A stretch of DNA of 64,000 nucleotides from Octopus vulgaris. Lineage: Eukaryota. The notes below the pieces were generated by a model. That model made no database searches. It was not told where the DNA came from and saw only the letters and a program-made list of their open reading frames with translations. The position numbers and the translations under genes are program-made. This document shows positions 1-14,390 of the stretch, piece after piece; position 1 is the first letter of the stretch; each line of letters begins with the position of its first letter. The DNA lies in the NCBI GenBank assembly GCA_951406725.2, contig OX597822.1, positions 108,810,001-108,874,000 of the forward strand, in the 5' to 3' direction.

Positions 1-116
1 TATCTCTGACACTGAGGGTGTGTGTTGGTATATATGTTTGTGTATATATGTTTATGGGTGTCAGTGTTTATGTCTGCATGTATGTAATTCCATTTAGGCG
101 ACAGAGGCAAACGTCT

Positions 117-534
117 ATAACAAAATATTAGCAGCAAGCTCAGGAGACACCCTCACAGAACAGGAATACTTCTGATGATATGTGAACACAAGCCTCCGCT
201 GCACAGTGTCGGGAGACACCTGAATCAGAGCATAGGACGAATCGATTACAAGATTAGCTCACAAGAATCTCCGAAACACAGCCTCAGGTGATAATGTCTA
301 ACCTCAGTTCAATTGACTTCATTTTCCAGTGAGTAAACAAGAACGGCAAACATTTTCGTTTGCCAGTATACACCTTGAAAAAAAGTCTCTAACAAAACAT
401 TAGCAGTAAGATCAGCAGACATCTTAACAGAACACGTATATACTTGATGATATGCGAACATGTGCCTCCGTCACACGGCCTCAGAAGGCACCTGAAACAG
501 AGCAAAGGATGAATCGATTAGATAATTAGTACAC
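117..534. repeat. Diverged ~150-bp direct repeat pair (117-263 and 389-534), downstream of the minus-strand ORF1-like element
   Basis: aacaaaatattagcagcaagctcaggagacacc...gaatcgattaca aligns with aacaaaacattagcagtaagatcagcagacatc...gaatcgattaga. Confidence 0.75.
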
Positions 535-702
535 AGTCGACGGTACGGTGACCACAGCTCGCTGTGGACGACGTAGAGGCGACGGTACACAGCTACCGAC
601 CCACAGTCAACGCTACGGCGACGAGAGGAAACCCTTACTTCCAGCTAGACATCAGGCCACGACCATTTACACAACCAATGTGAATAGACATTATTTACAT
701 AT

Positions 703-1969
703 TTAATTCGGGTTGTCCTCTGGAGAGGGACTCTCCACCTTTTCTTCACATAGGGTCGGAGGTGGCAAGTCTTGAAAAATGGATTGATTAATATCCAATC
801 TTATCATCGACACCGACATTCTATACGCGTTAAGTAATACATTATGAGTCTTTTTATCAATTTCGTTGAACTCGTAGTTCTTATATTTATCAGAAAGTTC
901 TGCAATCCTCGTGGCTGATCTTTTCGCTTTTAATTCTCTCATTAAATCTTCATTTTTGGTTTGTCTCTTTTCGCATTTTTTTTTTTTTGGTGTTAGTTCG
1001 ACCTGTTTTTGTTGATTTGAACTTTCCAGTTTTCTCTTGATTTTAGTTGCTTTCTTTTCTTCTGTTTCTCTCTCTCCCCCCCTCCTCCACTTCCTCATCG
1101 GATTATTTCTCACCGTCTCTACAGTTTTTTTTTTATATGGCCCAGCTGGCCACACTGGAAACATTGGGGCTTACGGCCCTCGACGAATACGTTAAGGAAT
1201 TCCTCTCCAATTTCTATTTTCTCCTGTAACTGTTCTAAAATTGACGGTTCTGCTTCTATTAGGAGGTGAACCGTTTGATCGGTCCAATAAGCCTTTTCTG
1301 TGATGGTAGCCTGAACGAGTGTTATATTATCTTCTTTTTCGCCAGGACTGCCTCCATCAATCACATAGGGTTGACTTGAGGTGAGACCCTAGGTATACGT
1401 ATCTTTGACGTCCTCATTTCCATGTATATTGGAATTAAAACAACGTCCTCCGTTTGTTAAGATTTAACTGAGTGCATTTGTGCAGTTTCTATATCTTTTA
1501 GTCGTACTTCGATAGTACCCAACTTCCCTCTGGCTAGGTTTGTGATATCCTGCCAGATGGGTTTCAAGCACTTCTCTCTTCGCTCACCTGATCATGTTTT
1601 TTTTCCTTTTAGACAGTAAGATTTAAAATTAATTGTTTTTCTTTTTTCTAACATTAATAGTTCTTCCGGGGATTGAACTTTCACAACACCGTTTTCAATT
1701 GTTATCATATCTTTGTACTTTATCAGGTCATTTTTGTTTATCAACAGCTGGCGCGTTCCACCTCCAGCCGCTGACGCAACAATTCTTTTTTGTTTAATTT
1801 CTTCTGTTTGAAGGCTTTTCACGTCAATATTCCTCTTTTCAAAAGTACATATTGGGGAAATTCTTTTTCAGAAAAATCCAAAATATCGCTAAATATTAAA
1901 CTTCCGATCTTTTTTGCCTCCCTGTTGGTTGACGACTCTTCGCCAGACGAAGGTACACTTTTCGGCATC
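703..1969 (-). pseudogene. Decayed gag/ORF1-like protein with CCHC zinc knuckle (L1/Tx1 ORF1-like), copy 1
   Basis: Joined ORF pieces read LEKRKTINFKSY..ITNLARGKLGTIEVRL..VLIPIYMEMR..LNVFVEGRKPQCFQCGQLGHIKKK(C, frameshift in a T-run), then a Lys/Glu-rich tail; stops and frameshifts present; similar to 40248-41435. Confidence 0.75.
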
Positions 1970-2619
1970 TTGCCAGCAATTAATGTCCCCCCCCCCCCAC
2001 AAACACTCCAACTTTCATTTCTCCTTAGCCCTCACGTCACACAGTTGTTAATGTTTATTTCAGTTGGGTCACGCCCTTCCAATAGCTATAGACTCGTGAT
2101 GCATCTTACGGCTGTGCCTGTCACCTGCATGGTGAAGAATACTACATTGGGAGTGGTAACGTCTAGGGTAGGGTAGCTGACTGCTTATTCTGATCATTCG
2201 TTTTTTGGTTTCCTGTAGCTTTGCTCTCTTTTACAAACCCAGTGAATATATATTTCCTATTTCAAAGAAATTCAAACAATAGATATAAGACCCAAGTAAA
2301 AAAGATCCTCAATAATTCAACTTCTCTGGTTGACATTAAGATGCCCACCCCCAACAGGGGCCGTAACTCTCACATTTTAGAGCTCCATGACCTTCATTTT
2401 TCAGGAGCAAAATCTTTTAAACAGGTTCAATAAGACTGGAATTTTGAAATATACACATAAATATCAGTAGTATGGTATACATGTGGCACGATTACAATTT
2501 TTTTAGGGTGTGTAAAGAGGGAAATAACCCTCATCTGCTATTTTGATGAAATTCGAAACATAGATATTCCAGTCCATTACAGAAGATATAACAGAACAGT
2601 CTAATTTTTCAATCTAATG

Positions 2620-2649
2620 TAACCGGGCAACGCCGGGTATCTCTGCTAG
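2620..2649 (+). mobile_element. Helitron-type 3' terminus
   Basis: ccgggcaacgccggg GC-rich subterminal motif followed by ctgCTAG|T, as in the complete Helitrons elsewhere in the window; 5' end not located. Confidence 0.6.
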
Positions 2650-3542
2650 TATAGATATATATATATCTGTGTGTGTGTGTGTGTGTACACATGCATGAAT
2701 TATGAATTCATATATACAGATAAACATTATTTTATACACCCACACATACATGAATTCATATGTAGGAAATGGAACGTAAGCCGCTATCGACTACGTTAGA
2801 GAGACAGAATAAGGGAGGGTGTTAAAAGAAATATAAGGTGCAATGCGACACCAATAAGTATATGCAGTAATTTCAATTTATTTGCTAGACAACAAATGTT
2901 TATAATTATCTGAGTGTTTATTGTAATATAAAATAGGTGTAAATTCTGTCAATTATTGAAACACATACTCGTAAATCAAAATGTTAAATTCCCTACAGCT
3001 TGGTAAATATATGAAAAAAAACATCTTAAGTCTTCGGTTTCAGATGAAGAGACAAATAACAGTGTCTATAACATCTATAGGAAGGTAAACTTCTGTCATG
3101 ATTCAAACGATTGTGCATCTGAGTAACACCACGCTCGGAAAACAAAGAATATGATTGCGCCCCACACATATTGCATTGGTTGTCATCTACGAAATTCCTG
3201 CTCTGCTTACTGATTCCTCGTGAAGGGAAATTGCACACTGATTCTTGACAATGTCCCTATTCTACATCCTAACACCAGCAGATATCCCAGTTGAAGTATC
3301 TTAACATAAATATTTCTACTGGTCTCAAACATTCAGCTACATCCAATAAAGTGAATATACAATATTTTATGTAAGTACCTTTTTCTCCTCTCCAAGAAAC
3401 GATCGACGTTTGTCACCCAGGAAATTAATTTGAATATACTTAGGATTCGGCATCTGAAAGGTAACAGTTGCAGAGAAACACGTTAGTTACTGTTGTCCAT
3501 GTCTCTCACTCCCCAAGAGCGAAATCTAACTGCGTATTCTCT

Positions 3543-3543
3543 T

Positions 3544-3591
<48 letters not shown>
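3543..3591. repeat. (GTA)n microsatellite
   Basis: direct reading. Confidence 0.95.
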
Positions 3592-4014
3592 TGTTTTACT
3601 GTTTCGAACAACTTCATGAAAGGATTAAAAAGTTTTGAATTTAAAAAAGAAATCTTGACTTAATTGCTTGCCTCTTTCGCTCAAATCATGCTTTTTGTAC
3701 ACACTAAAATGCTGCTTGATGTCACACAAGCCCAAACAAGCACTAAGATATGTGTGTATGTGTGTGTGTGTGTTTGTCTGTGTCTGTGTGAGTGTGTCTG
3801 TGAATGTCTGCATCTGCGCGTGAGTCACTGTGTTCGTGTGTGCACATACTTCCATATACATGTACACATCTTCAACGTGTATATGTATATATATAAATGA
3901 TAACGTTATATATACAAATTCGTACTCACACAGACACACAGACACGAACCCAAACATACATACATACACACATATGCATATATGTATTTATATGTGTGTT
4001 TGTGTGTGTGCATA

Positions 4015-5362
4015 TACAGAGTGGTGCATAAATATCTCCTACATTTGGAAGAGGCAATGTGTAGATTTAACTAAAAGTACAGAGAGGGAATAGGCTTCAT
4101 GTGAAAGACTAATACTACCATTGTCCTATTCTTCATTAAAACGTCTTTTCGTGTTTTAGGTTCTATTATTTTTATAATCGTGATCTATTACTGAAAAAAA
4201 TTCTTTTTCCTTTTAGAAGTCATCATGAATTGGACCGGTGAACATCATGGGTTTGTTATTCTAGCGTATTATGAAAACGACCGAAATGTGATAGCTACGC
4301 AGTGAGCGTTCCGTAGACATTTTGCGCTCGGTAGAAACGCATCTGTTCCAGACTGGAAATCTACCTTACCTGGACTTCTAGCCTTCATTCACCTCGATCT
4401 CAAATGAAAAGAAAATATGGCAGACCTGGAAATATGGTATCAGTGACAGTATATGTTCAGCAATCGCCAACGCGATCTGCTCGTATGCATAGCATAGCAT
4501 TAGGAATATCTAGCTAAAATTTGAAACTGTTTCTGCTGGTAGATTTGAAACTGCATCCTTAGAAAATGATCTTAGTTCAAGAATTTACTGAAATATATCA
4601 TAATAATCGTAAAGCTTTATGTTCGGATACGCTTGCCCAAGTTTCTCTTGCAGCTGTTCTTCTGACTAACTATAAGGCTCACTTCCAATTCAATATGGAT
4701 AGTTAAACAAGCAGAATTTTCGCTACTGAGCTTAACATAATCTCCATAAACTCCACGAAAGACCACTGCATTCTCCTTGTGTAACTGCTTAGTGTGCATT
4801 TGCCGATTTTGGAGTCATCCGCCCGTATATTTTGAAGTAGGTGACGAAACAGTAACGGTTAACTGTGGCCAATACATTGAAAGGTTGGAGAACTTTCTGC
4901 ACCCTACCAAACATCTATGGTTTCAACAGGATGGAGCCACGGCTCCCATAGCATGCCGTTTACTTGGAGTGCTAACGGAGATCTTTCCTGGGCATTTGAT
5001 TTCTTTTAGTGGGGACGTGGAATGGCAAGGTCACCAGATTTAAGCTATTGAGACATTTTTCCTTTGGGGATACCTAAAGGAAAAACTTATCCGACATATT
5101 CCTCGAACTCTTGAGAATTTGAAAAATAGTATTCCTGAGAAAATCAACGCAATACCATTTCAAATGACATATCACAAATAAAGAGTACAAAATGACTTGA
5201 AAATATTTCAGTAGTTCCCTTTGATATCAAGCAATAATCTGCACAAGGAAATTTCATGCTTCAAAGAACGGCTATTATTTTTGATTTTGTATTGATTCGG
5301 TTATAGAGTCTAAACAGTAAACTTTACCGTAAGCGGGGAAGATTTTTCACTGGAACCGTTCT
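4015..5362 (+). mobile_element. Decayed Tc1/mariner-superfamily (Tc3-like) DNA transposon
   Basis: ATG at 4225 MNWTGEHHGFVILAYYEN..ATQ*AFRRHF; later WFQQDGATA and a frameshifted SPDL..FLWGYLK; outer limits/TIRs only weakly visible. Confidence 0.8.
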
Positions 5363-5775
5363 ATTTTATGACTTTCTGCGAAAGTTGATCCTTATATAAC
5401 GCGTCCAACACCAAACTTTCTGTTGTAGACAACTTTAAGCACACATGCACATCCGTAATTACATAAATACTTACATATATACATACAATTATATATGTAT
5501 CTATGTATACATATATTAATATTTATATTTAGTGAGTATACGCATATAAACGACGACAGTATGCTTATGAATATATGTGTATATAAAAACACGCATATAC
5601 AAGTACATATAGACGGATAACGAAAAAAAGTACACAGCACGTGTAGGCGAGTATTTATGTGTGTGTATTTACGTCATTATGATATGTATGCTTTTCAAAT
5701 ATTCGTGCCTAAAGGTACAAGTGAGTGTGTGCGGGCGTGTGTATTTATATGTATACATGTAGACATATATACACA

Positions 5776-5845
5776 CATATATATTTATATATATATATAT
5801 ATATGTATGGATGTATATAAATATATATATATATATGTATGGATG

Positions 5846-5891
<46 letters not shown>

Positions 5892-5915
5892 GATGTATAT
5901 AAATATATATATATT

Positions 5916-5999
<84 letters not shown>

Positions 6000-6004
6000 A
6001 TAAA

Positions 6005-6075
<71 letters not shown>
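5776..6075. repeat. (TA)n microsatellite
   Basis: direct reading. Confidence 0.95.
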
Positions 6076-6080
<5 letters not shown>

Positions 6081-6694
6081 CATATACGACAAATAAATAG
6101 ATAAACTGAAAATCGGGAGACAAATGCGTTACAATACTTCGTACGTTCAATCTGATTCCTTTCGAGTCAGTTAATATGCGAGGGATTGTTGCTGCTTGTA
6201 ATTCCTGTCAATGGTATTTGTGGTTATCTGTTACGGTTATTACGTCCTTTGTATTGTTCAGTTAATTGGAAATATTCTCTAAGCAACCCACCAATTATTC
6301 TGTAGAAAATATGGTATTTTTTTCCCTTTTCTCTCAATAGAATTCTGTAGTGAGTGTTTTCTGTTTATGTTAGAATATATTTTCTATAACATCGAATCTC
6401 CATTTATATGCTATGTTTTCTTTAAACCAGAGAATTATAGTAATTGTTTTTATTCGTTCCCCCTGTTTTTTCTACAATACGATTCTCTACAGACATTATA
6501 GTGTGTTTATGTAAGTATGTTTAGAAATGGAGTTCTGTCCTCATGTTATGTTACTGAAACGTATTGTTGTACTTCGACTTGGTTTTTCCATTGCATCAAA
6601 TCTCGTTTACGGTTTATGATATATGTGTTTATGCATGGCTGTATATGTATACATACACGTACACACATATATTGATATGTATATACATATCTAT

Positions 6695-6979
<285 letters not shown>

Positions 6980-7489
6980 TCACACACACAGACAGAGACA
7001 CAGAGACATATGTATATGCTTCTCTCCACAAATATTTGGTTGGAGCCCGTCGTACGGCACACAATTATCTCGGTTTGTTACTACATAGTTTAATATTGTG
7101 GCTGTTATTTACAGCACGAAATATAACCCAGATTTATATAAAGCTTTTCGTTGTCATTCTCTGAACCATCTCACTCTTCCATTTTCGCTGGATCTATTTG
7201 TGTTGTGATGTTATTGTGTGCGTCTAAAAATTATGCACATCTACGTTAAAAATCTTGTTGTTTGGAGATTAGAAACCTGCCTGACGTTTTGATACCTATG
7301 CAGATTTTCAAATAATTTTTCGCTGCTGGTTAAGACATTCTCCCATACATCTTTCATCTAGCGGATTGCAAAAAAATTAATTATTAATATTGTTAAGCTA
7401 ATTAATAATCTACCATTCTAGATTAGTAGTCATTCTATCATTATTTTCATCTTCATCATCATCTTCGTTATCTTTATTATCATTGTTCT

Positions 7490-7661
7490 TTTCAACTCAG
7501 TTTTAGTTGTAACTCCTGCAGTCTTGCATGCCCAGCGGTTTGTTGCCTGCAGCCTACCATGCATTCTACCTGTTCCGTCTCAAAATTATCTAGTACTTTC
7601 ATAATTATTCTGGCCGTGCCAAAAAGGCAAAGCTGATTTGTATGAATTCTACTGGATATTC

Positions 7662-7662
<1 letters not shown>
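7490..7662 (-). mobile_element. 3' fragment of an RLE-type LINE abutting (AAT)n
   Basis: LCLFGTARIIMKVLD matches the LLGTARILRKVL C-terminus seen at ~11165 and ~63740. Confidence 0.55.
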
Positions 7663-7716
<54 letters not shown>

Positions 7717-7803
7717 ATTGTTGTTGTTGTTGTTTTTGTTGTTGTTATTAATATTATTATTATTATTTGTTATTATTATCATTATTATTATTATTATGCA
7801 TTA

Positions 7804-7850
<47 letters not shown>

Positions 7851-7870
7851 AATAATAATAATAATAATAA

Positions 7871-8367
7871 GTGAGAGAGTAGTGGATGCCATCAATTATA
7901 CGAAGCCCAATATAACCGCCACCACTACTCGTCTGATATCGGTACACGAGGCACATGTATCACAACCGAATGTGCGCGACATGTTGATCTTATATCAATA
8001 TTAACAACGCATGACCACGCAGGTTGGACCCAGTTAGAATTGTTTTTCAGGTTGAGTAACTTATACCGATCAAAAGATCCCTGAATAAGATTTGGTTTAA
8101 GGATGATAAAAGAAACACCCATGTTTCCAGAAGTTAATTATTCAAACCCCAAAGAATCCCCTCGCAACACATGGCTATGATGCTCCTCCACTACTAAGGA
8201 ACATGTTCAACTGCTTAAGGTCAAATAACTGACAGGCAAATATGTGGTATTGTGCAGAACAGGTTTTGTAGCCCATTTGTTTTTATACCGAGACAAAACA
8301 ATGTACATGATAACACTTCCAATCAGTTAACATCAGAAGTTATGAGGGACACTTGCATCAAGGCACT
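7871..8367 (-). mobile_element. ~550-bp non-coding interspersed repeat in (TAA)n (family E), diverged copy
   Basis: Aligns with 8384-8940 and 44843-45374; strand inferred. Confidence 0.8.
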
Positions 8368-8383
8368 TATTATTATTATTATT

Positions 8384-8940
8384 GAGTGAGAGAGCAGTGC
8401 ATGCCATCAAAGTGACACTGGGTTAAAATATACAAAGCTCCGTATACCCATCATGACTACCCACCTGATAAGGGTACACCAGGCACATGCATCACAACCA
8501 TATGTGCGCGACATGCTGATCTCATATCAAGATAAACAGCACATGACCTTGCAGGTGGGGCCCAGTTAGAATTTTCTTCTGTTCGAGTAGCCCATCCTGC
8601 TCAAAAGGTCCCTGAATAAAGATTGTTTAAGGATATTGAAGGAACCACCCATGTTTCCAGGGGTGAATTATTCAAACCCCAAAGAATCCCTCTCAACACA
8701 TGGCTATGATGCTCCCCCACTACTTCTGCTCGAGATCAGAGATGCACATATCGTCAGCCACTAAGGGACATGCTCAACTGGTTAAAGTCAAACAACTGAC
8801 AAGCAAATATGTGGTATTGAGCAGAATATTTGCTGTAGCCCATATTTTATACCAAGACAAAACAATGTACATGATAACACTTCCAATCAGTTAAGATCAG
8901 AAGCCATGAGAGCCACTGCCTGGTACTGCATCAGGGCATT
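8384..8940 (-). mobile_element. ~550-bp non-coding interspersed repeat in (TAA)n (family E)
   Basis: gagtgagagagcagtgcatgccatcaaagtg...gcatcagggcatt; near-identical to 44843-45374; (ATT)n on both sides. Confidence 0.85.
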
Positions 8941-8974
8941 TATTATTATTATTTATTATTATTATTATTATTAT

Positions 8975-9052
<78 letters not shown>

Positions 9053-9056
9053 CAGC

Positions 9057-9112
<56 letters not shown>

Positions 9113-9130
9113 CAGCAGCAGTAGTAGTAG
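8941..9130. repeat. (ATT)n/(GTA)n compound microsatellite
   Basis: direct reading. Confidence 0.95.
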
Positions 9131-10175
9131 TGTTATACGTTTGGCTTTTGTTTCCTATTTGTGCAAGTTCACTCCAAGTCACACCCAGAGACCTCAAGAG
9201 ACAAGTTAGAAGTTCAAGTTGGTGTTATGACTAATAGGGTGCCATATATAGCAGAGAGTATTGTTCTAGAGAATATCTGTCAAGACATAAGTAAATTTAG
9301 AAGTTTGTTTTGAAAGTGATTTGATTATAAGCTGACAGTCTTATGTTAAGATGGCAGTTTGCTGTTACGTACCAATACATTGAAAAGTATTTTGTCACTG
9401 TTTACAGTTTTAAATATTTTGGGGATTACATAGACAGTATTTTGCGTAGGATATGGGCAGTCCCATGAGTAACTACGTTTTGAATTTCTATATCTTTGGA
9501 TATCCTGAGCTAGTTACAATAAGCCGTTTTTTTTTCTATCATTCCTAGGGCACCTATGACAACAGGTATTGTTTTAGTGTTGCAAATTTCTATTTCAAGA
9601 TCTTTATACTTGCTCAGCTTTTGGTAGATCTTGACAGATACATTTTTGTCGATTGGGACAGTCATATCGATGAGGAGGCATGCTTTTTATCTGAAGTGCC
9701 CTATTTATTTCTGACCTCTTTGCATCTATCTTTCTGTCAGTTTGAATGGTGAAGTTCCAAAGAGTGAGATGAGAGATGTAGCCATTTTCAAGCCCTGGCG
9801 CTGGTTTGAGTTTTCACCAGTTTTTATCATGGGGCATGTCCAAGTCTTTGCAACTCACCCAGTGAATATGCTGTACTACTCTATCCTGCTAGCTGAGATA
9901 CTCTGTAGGCGCAAAAGACTGTACATGGACACAATATTATCAATGTTTGTATCTCGTTTTTTACATGCACAACAGGTTTAGTCTATTGCCTTTCTTTAAG
10001 ATGTTGGCCTGGTAGATTGTTTTAGGTAGGCATTGAAACTGGGCTCCTATTATAAACCCTTCTATTTCTGATTTTAAGCCAGAAGACGCTAACTATTGAT
10101 AGGTAGGGCTTTGTCAGCATCGACATTATTACCTCACTTTGGGCATTTGCAATTGAGAGGTTTTTCTCGCCATTT
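9131..10175 (-). mobile_element. 3' fragment of an RLE-endonuclease non-LTR retrotransposon (Dong/R4-like)
   Basis: Minus strand: SGLKSEIEGFIIGAQ, IHW, CLLIDMTVPIDKNVSVKIYQKLSKYKDLEIEI..IPVVIGALG; ends in trinucleotide repeats. Confidence 0.8.
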
Positions 10176-10257
10176 ATCAGTAAGAATGTCTAAGGCTATC
10201 ATTATTGTTGTTGCTGTTGTTGTTGTTGATGGTAATGATGATGTTATTATTATTATT

Positions 10258-10350
10258 GAGTGAGAGCATAATGCATACTATCCAAATGACACTGGGGTAA
10301 AATACACGAAGCCCAACCAACACATGACTATTCATGTCGAGTAGTCCATC
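10258..10350 (-). mobile_element. Truncated family E copy
   Basis: gagtgagagcataatgcatactatccaaatgacactggggtaaaata after (ATT)n. Confidence 0.6.
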
Positions 10351-10364
10351 CGGTAGCATGGTTG

Positions 10365-11285
10365 TAAAAAATGCCACAGAACCGCTATTATTAGAAGTAA
10401 GAAGTTCACGCTTGTGTCGGATGAAGTATAGCAAAGATAAAGAACTATACAAGAAACTAATAACGAATGAAACTGAAAGTAGGTGGGTAAAGAAAAGAAT
10501 GCATGGTAAATTTCATAGGGATGTTGAACTTAAGGCAGACAGAGGAAAAAGATGGCTGTGGAAGTGTAAAAGTGATTTAAAACCGGAAACAGAGGCTATA
10601 ATCAGTATTGCCTAAAAGGAAGCACTTAGAACAAACTACATAAAATGCGGAATAGATGACACAGCAGAAAATGACAATTGCAGAATCTGTGGACGAAACA
10701 GCGAAACCTTATGGAATATTACCAGCCACCAGCCGAGAAACGCCACGGCAATGTAGCCAGGCTTGTACATTGGACACTTTGCAACAAGTACGGACTTGGT
10801 ACGACCATAAACCTGAAAGCATCGTTGAAAATAGAAATGCAAAGAATCTATGGGATTTTATGATTCAGTGCGACCATGAGATTGAGAATAGGAAGCCAGA
10901 CATAGTTTTAATTCAGAAAGCAAACAAACTATGCTGGATCACAGATATAGCATGCGCAGCTGTGAACAAGGTAAGCTATGAGGAAAAAAGAAAAGTCGAG
11001 AGATATGACAGGTTAGCATGAGAAGTTAATCAGTTGTGGTCGATGAAAAAATAGCAATAGTACTAATAATTGTCGGAGTCCTGGGAACAGTGAGCAAAAA
11101 TCTCGAGAAATACGTGGAACAAATCGGGGCCGCAATAAGGGTGAGCACTTGCAGAAAACAGCACTGCTTGGAACCGCTCGAATACTCCGTAAGGTGCTCG
11201 AACAATTAGAGGTGTTACCTTAGATCACTGGTAGTGAAAAGCTAACACTATAGTACACCTCCTGCGTTAGAAGGTGTGCAAAGGT
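10365..11285 (+). mobile_element. 3' fragment of an RLE-endonuclease LINE (Dong/R4-like)
   Basis: KRMHGKF, DLKPETEA, CRICG..ET, RHGNVARLVHW, LWDFMIQCDHEIENRKPDIVL, LLGTARILRKVL; (AAC)/(AAT) tail. Confidence 0.88.
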
Positions 11286-11752
11286 AACAACAACAATAAT
11301 AATAATAATTATAATTATAACATTACAAAATACCTTACGAATGAGAACCCACTTTCGAAATTTCCCTAAGACAGCTTATGAAGCCTGGATGGTATATCAG
11401 CCGGTATGTTGTGTTAAAAAGAAACAAGTTGGGGACATATATCTGACTAATGTAAATAATGTAAATAAATAAATCCATTCAAAACATTATACTCAGTCTG
11501 CGCGCCGCACCTGGATTACGCTTCTTGAGTAATAAGGCTTTTTAATATATAGACAGAGTACTTCAGATCTTCTGAAAGTTATGAGTTGGTTCAGACAGAT
11601 TCTGTTACTAGACTCATACTATTTTTTTAAATCAGAAAATAAAAGGACAAAATGCAATCCTACTATATGATTCAAAACGTTAAAAATCAGTAGCTGTGAC
11701 TCAGAACAGCAACGATCTGCACTGGAAGTTATTCTATCTGATGCCCCGCAAA

Positions 11753-12147
11753 TCTTTATATATATAAAAGAAAGGTTGTGTGTCTGTCTACTCCGATTTA
11801 GATTCCTAACTACTCCCACATTTTGCGGTGCAGTTTAAGCAAAACCGGATATCTTATAGTCGTGATTCCTATCAAACTCTTCTGGGTATCAGCGCGCGTC
11901 TACGATGAGTCTACGATTTTAAAAATAATTTACTATCATTTCTTTCCATTTTAATGCATATTTTTTTTAATATAAGTGAAGTAACTCTCTAAAAATGTCT
12001 ACGTTGAGTCAACGATTTTTAAAAAAAATTACCATCATTTTTTTCCCATTTTTAATGCATTTTTTGCTATTTTTTGGCTATAACTCTCTAAAAATTATTT
12101 ATAGTTATTTCCCTTACAACCCGAGCAACGCCGGGCGATACTGCTAG
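11753..12147 (+). mobile_element. Non-autonomous Helitron
   Basis: A|TC 5' end, cccgagcaacgccggg subterminal motif, CTAG|T 3' end, no TSD; same family at 12488, 33735 and 52376. Confidence 0.85.
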
Positions 12148-12487
12148 TTATTTATAAACAGATAAAATTTACTGTTTCTCAATACAGTATTATAACTGAT
12201 AGTCTATTGCTAAATTACTATAATTGTGACTGTGACTGTATGCAGTAGGTTTATGATGTTTCCATTTATATCTTGTCGACTTGCAAATCAGCAAAGACTG
12301 ACCAATGGAATAATTGACCGTATATGCTTGATATGACCCAATTAAGTTTCTTCAACGTCTTATATTCAAGGATTAATGCCAGAAAGAATATTATATTCAT
12401 GTGCACACACACAGCGACATATATATGTATTTGTATATATGTACACACACAAACACATATATGTGTGTACGCTTCCATAAAATGAAA

Positions 12488-12888
12488 TCTTTATATATAA
12501 AAGTGAGGTTGTGTGCTGTCTGTCTCCTACGATTTAGATTCTTAACTACTCCCACATTTTGCGGTGCAGTTTAACCAAAACCGGGTATCTTATAGTCGTG
12601 ATTCATATCGAGCCCTTCTGGGTATTAGCGCACGTCTACAATGAGTCTACGATTTAAAAAAAAACATTGCCATCAATTTTTCCCATTTTTAATGCATTTT
12701 TGGCATATATAAGGGAAGTAACTCTCTAAAAATTTATTATTAAATCTCAGAACGTAAATAGCTACAGTAACCCCCACCCCCCATTTGTGGTTAACCATAT
12801 TGAGATGGCTATTATAATTTACATCTCTAAAAATGCTTATATAGTTATTTCCCTTACAAACCCGATCAACGCCGGGCGATACTGCTAG
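12488..12888 (+). mobile_element. Non-autonomous Helitron
   Basis: A|TC...CTAG|T; near-identical to 52376-52767. Confidence 0.85.
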
Positions 12889-13965
12889 TAACACATGAAT
12901 GAATTGTTGAAAGCTAGACTCGTTGTTGTCTCGAACTCGGAGAAATACGGGTGTACAATAAAATGATTAACCACAGAATTTTTTTCCCGTTTGAATTTAA
13001 CATAAAATAATATATACAATTAGCATTAAATTGCATCCGTTTCTCTATAGTTACATTCTCTTTTCAATTAAGCTAAATGCTAGAAAACAGGAGGTAAATG
13101 TTAGAAAACCATAAATACCAATGGAAGTTATAGATTTCGCAATTCAAAAGATGTAGTATATATCAAATGTAATTAATTTATCCTGAAGTATGCTACAAAA
13201 AGGATGATGAAAATCTGCAGCTAACAATGGAATCCCTAAACAGATAATGCCCATCTTAAATAACAGATTTAGAAGAGAACAACAGTAGGAAATGATGTAA
13301 CACATTTGTAAAAATAATACTTCCTCTGAATGATTGTTCATATTCTCTACCGACCGATCTACTGCAGCAATTAGAAATATATGAGATAAGCAACGGAGGA
13401 AAATACTTATATTCTGGAAAGTCATGTTTTGAAACCAAAAAAAAAAAAAGGAATATAATGAATACGCACAAAAAAAAAAGCGTCTCCACTAATCATTGCG
13501 TTATAAGAGTAAACAGCTGATCGCAGTTTCAGAAACGGATCACCATAATGATGTAATTATTTATCGTTTTGTTTTTGTTGTTTTCGTTTAGTACTCAAGC
13601 ATATAACATTAACATTTAGCATTTCCTTTTCTTGGATAATATGGCTGTGTGTATGTTCGTATCTAGGGAATATACGAATGTGTCTTGATAATAGGAAACA
13701 ACAATGTTAACATTGATGTTAACCAGGAACTCTTCTAATTACGTCTTGTGATGGATCCATTGTTAATTATTTACGTATCTTGAGAATATTATCTACCAAG
13801 AAGATTGAACTTTTACATTAGTAGTTGTTAATTTCTGTAGAGGTAGATCTATGTTGCACTGACATCCTTTTGATCTAAATAGTATCTTCTTAGGTACAAA
13901 ATATTAATCGATGATTAGGCCGCATACATATCATAAATATATTCTTGCCATTTCTTCAGCCATAT

Positions 13966-14390
13966 TGTATGTGAAGGCATACCACACGAGTGAGAGTACA
14001 GCTGGCGTATGACTGAACAGAGTACTATAGTTCACAAAGCCCTGGCTAATAATAGGAAGGAATTACAACCGTTTCGTGGTCTGCTACCACAACAGCTCCT
14101 TTATAGGATCCAGTTAGTTCAAGACATCATCAGGAGGAACCATGTCCGGTTTCGGCCCCTACTCCTCTACCGTTTTGACGTGACGGTGCTCCCCTTTCGG
14201 ATGTGTCTTGAGCTCTAGTGTTGGGTGCATGTCTTTTTTCTTCTTCTTTCTTCTGTTCCCTGGCCTCTTCGATGTATCGTCAGCGAGTGTCAGCCGGTGA
14301 CTGACTGACTTGTCAATTTTTTCCCTTTAAATGTATATACACAATCTGAATACCTTCTAGTAGATTCGCAACTGAATATCTCATCACTGT
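13966..14390. mobile_element. GC-richer ~420-bp island, possible solo LTR
   Basis: Compositional contrast and possible TG...CA limits; no clear TSD. Confidence 0.25.

Noticed and set aside
7020-7375. Penelope GIY-YIG remnant (and RT-like remnant at ~20100-20185)
   Set aside because: Similarity is too faint to support by eye; needs a profile search.
14120-14160. Hammerhead from GAAAC...CUGAUGA on the minus strand
   Set aside because: Only ~4 nt lie between the cleavage triplet and the core, so stem I cannot form.
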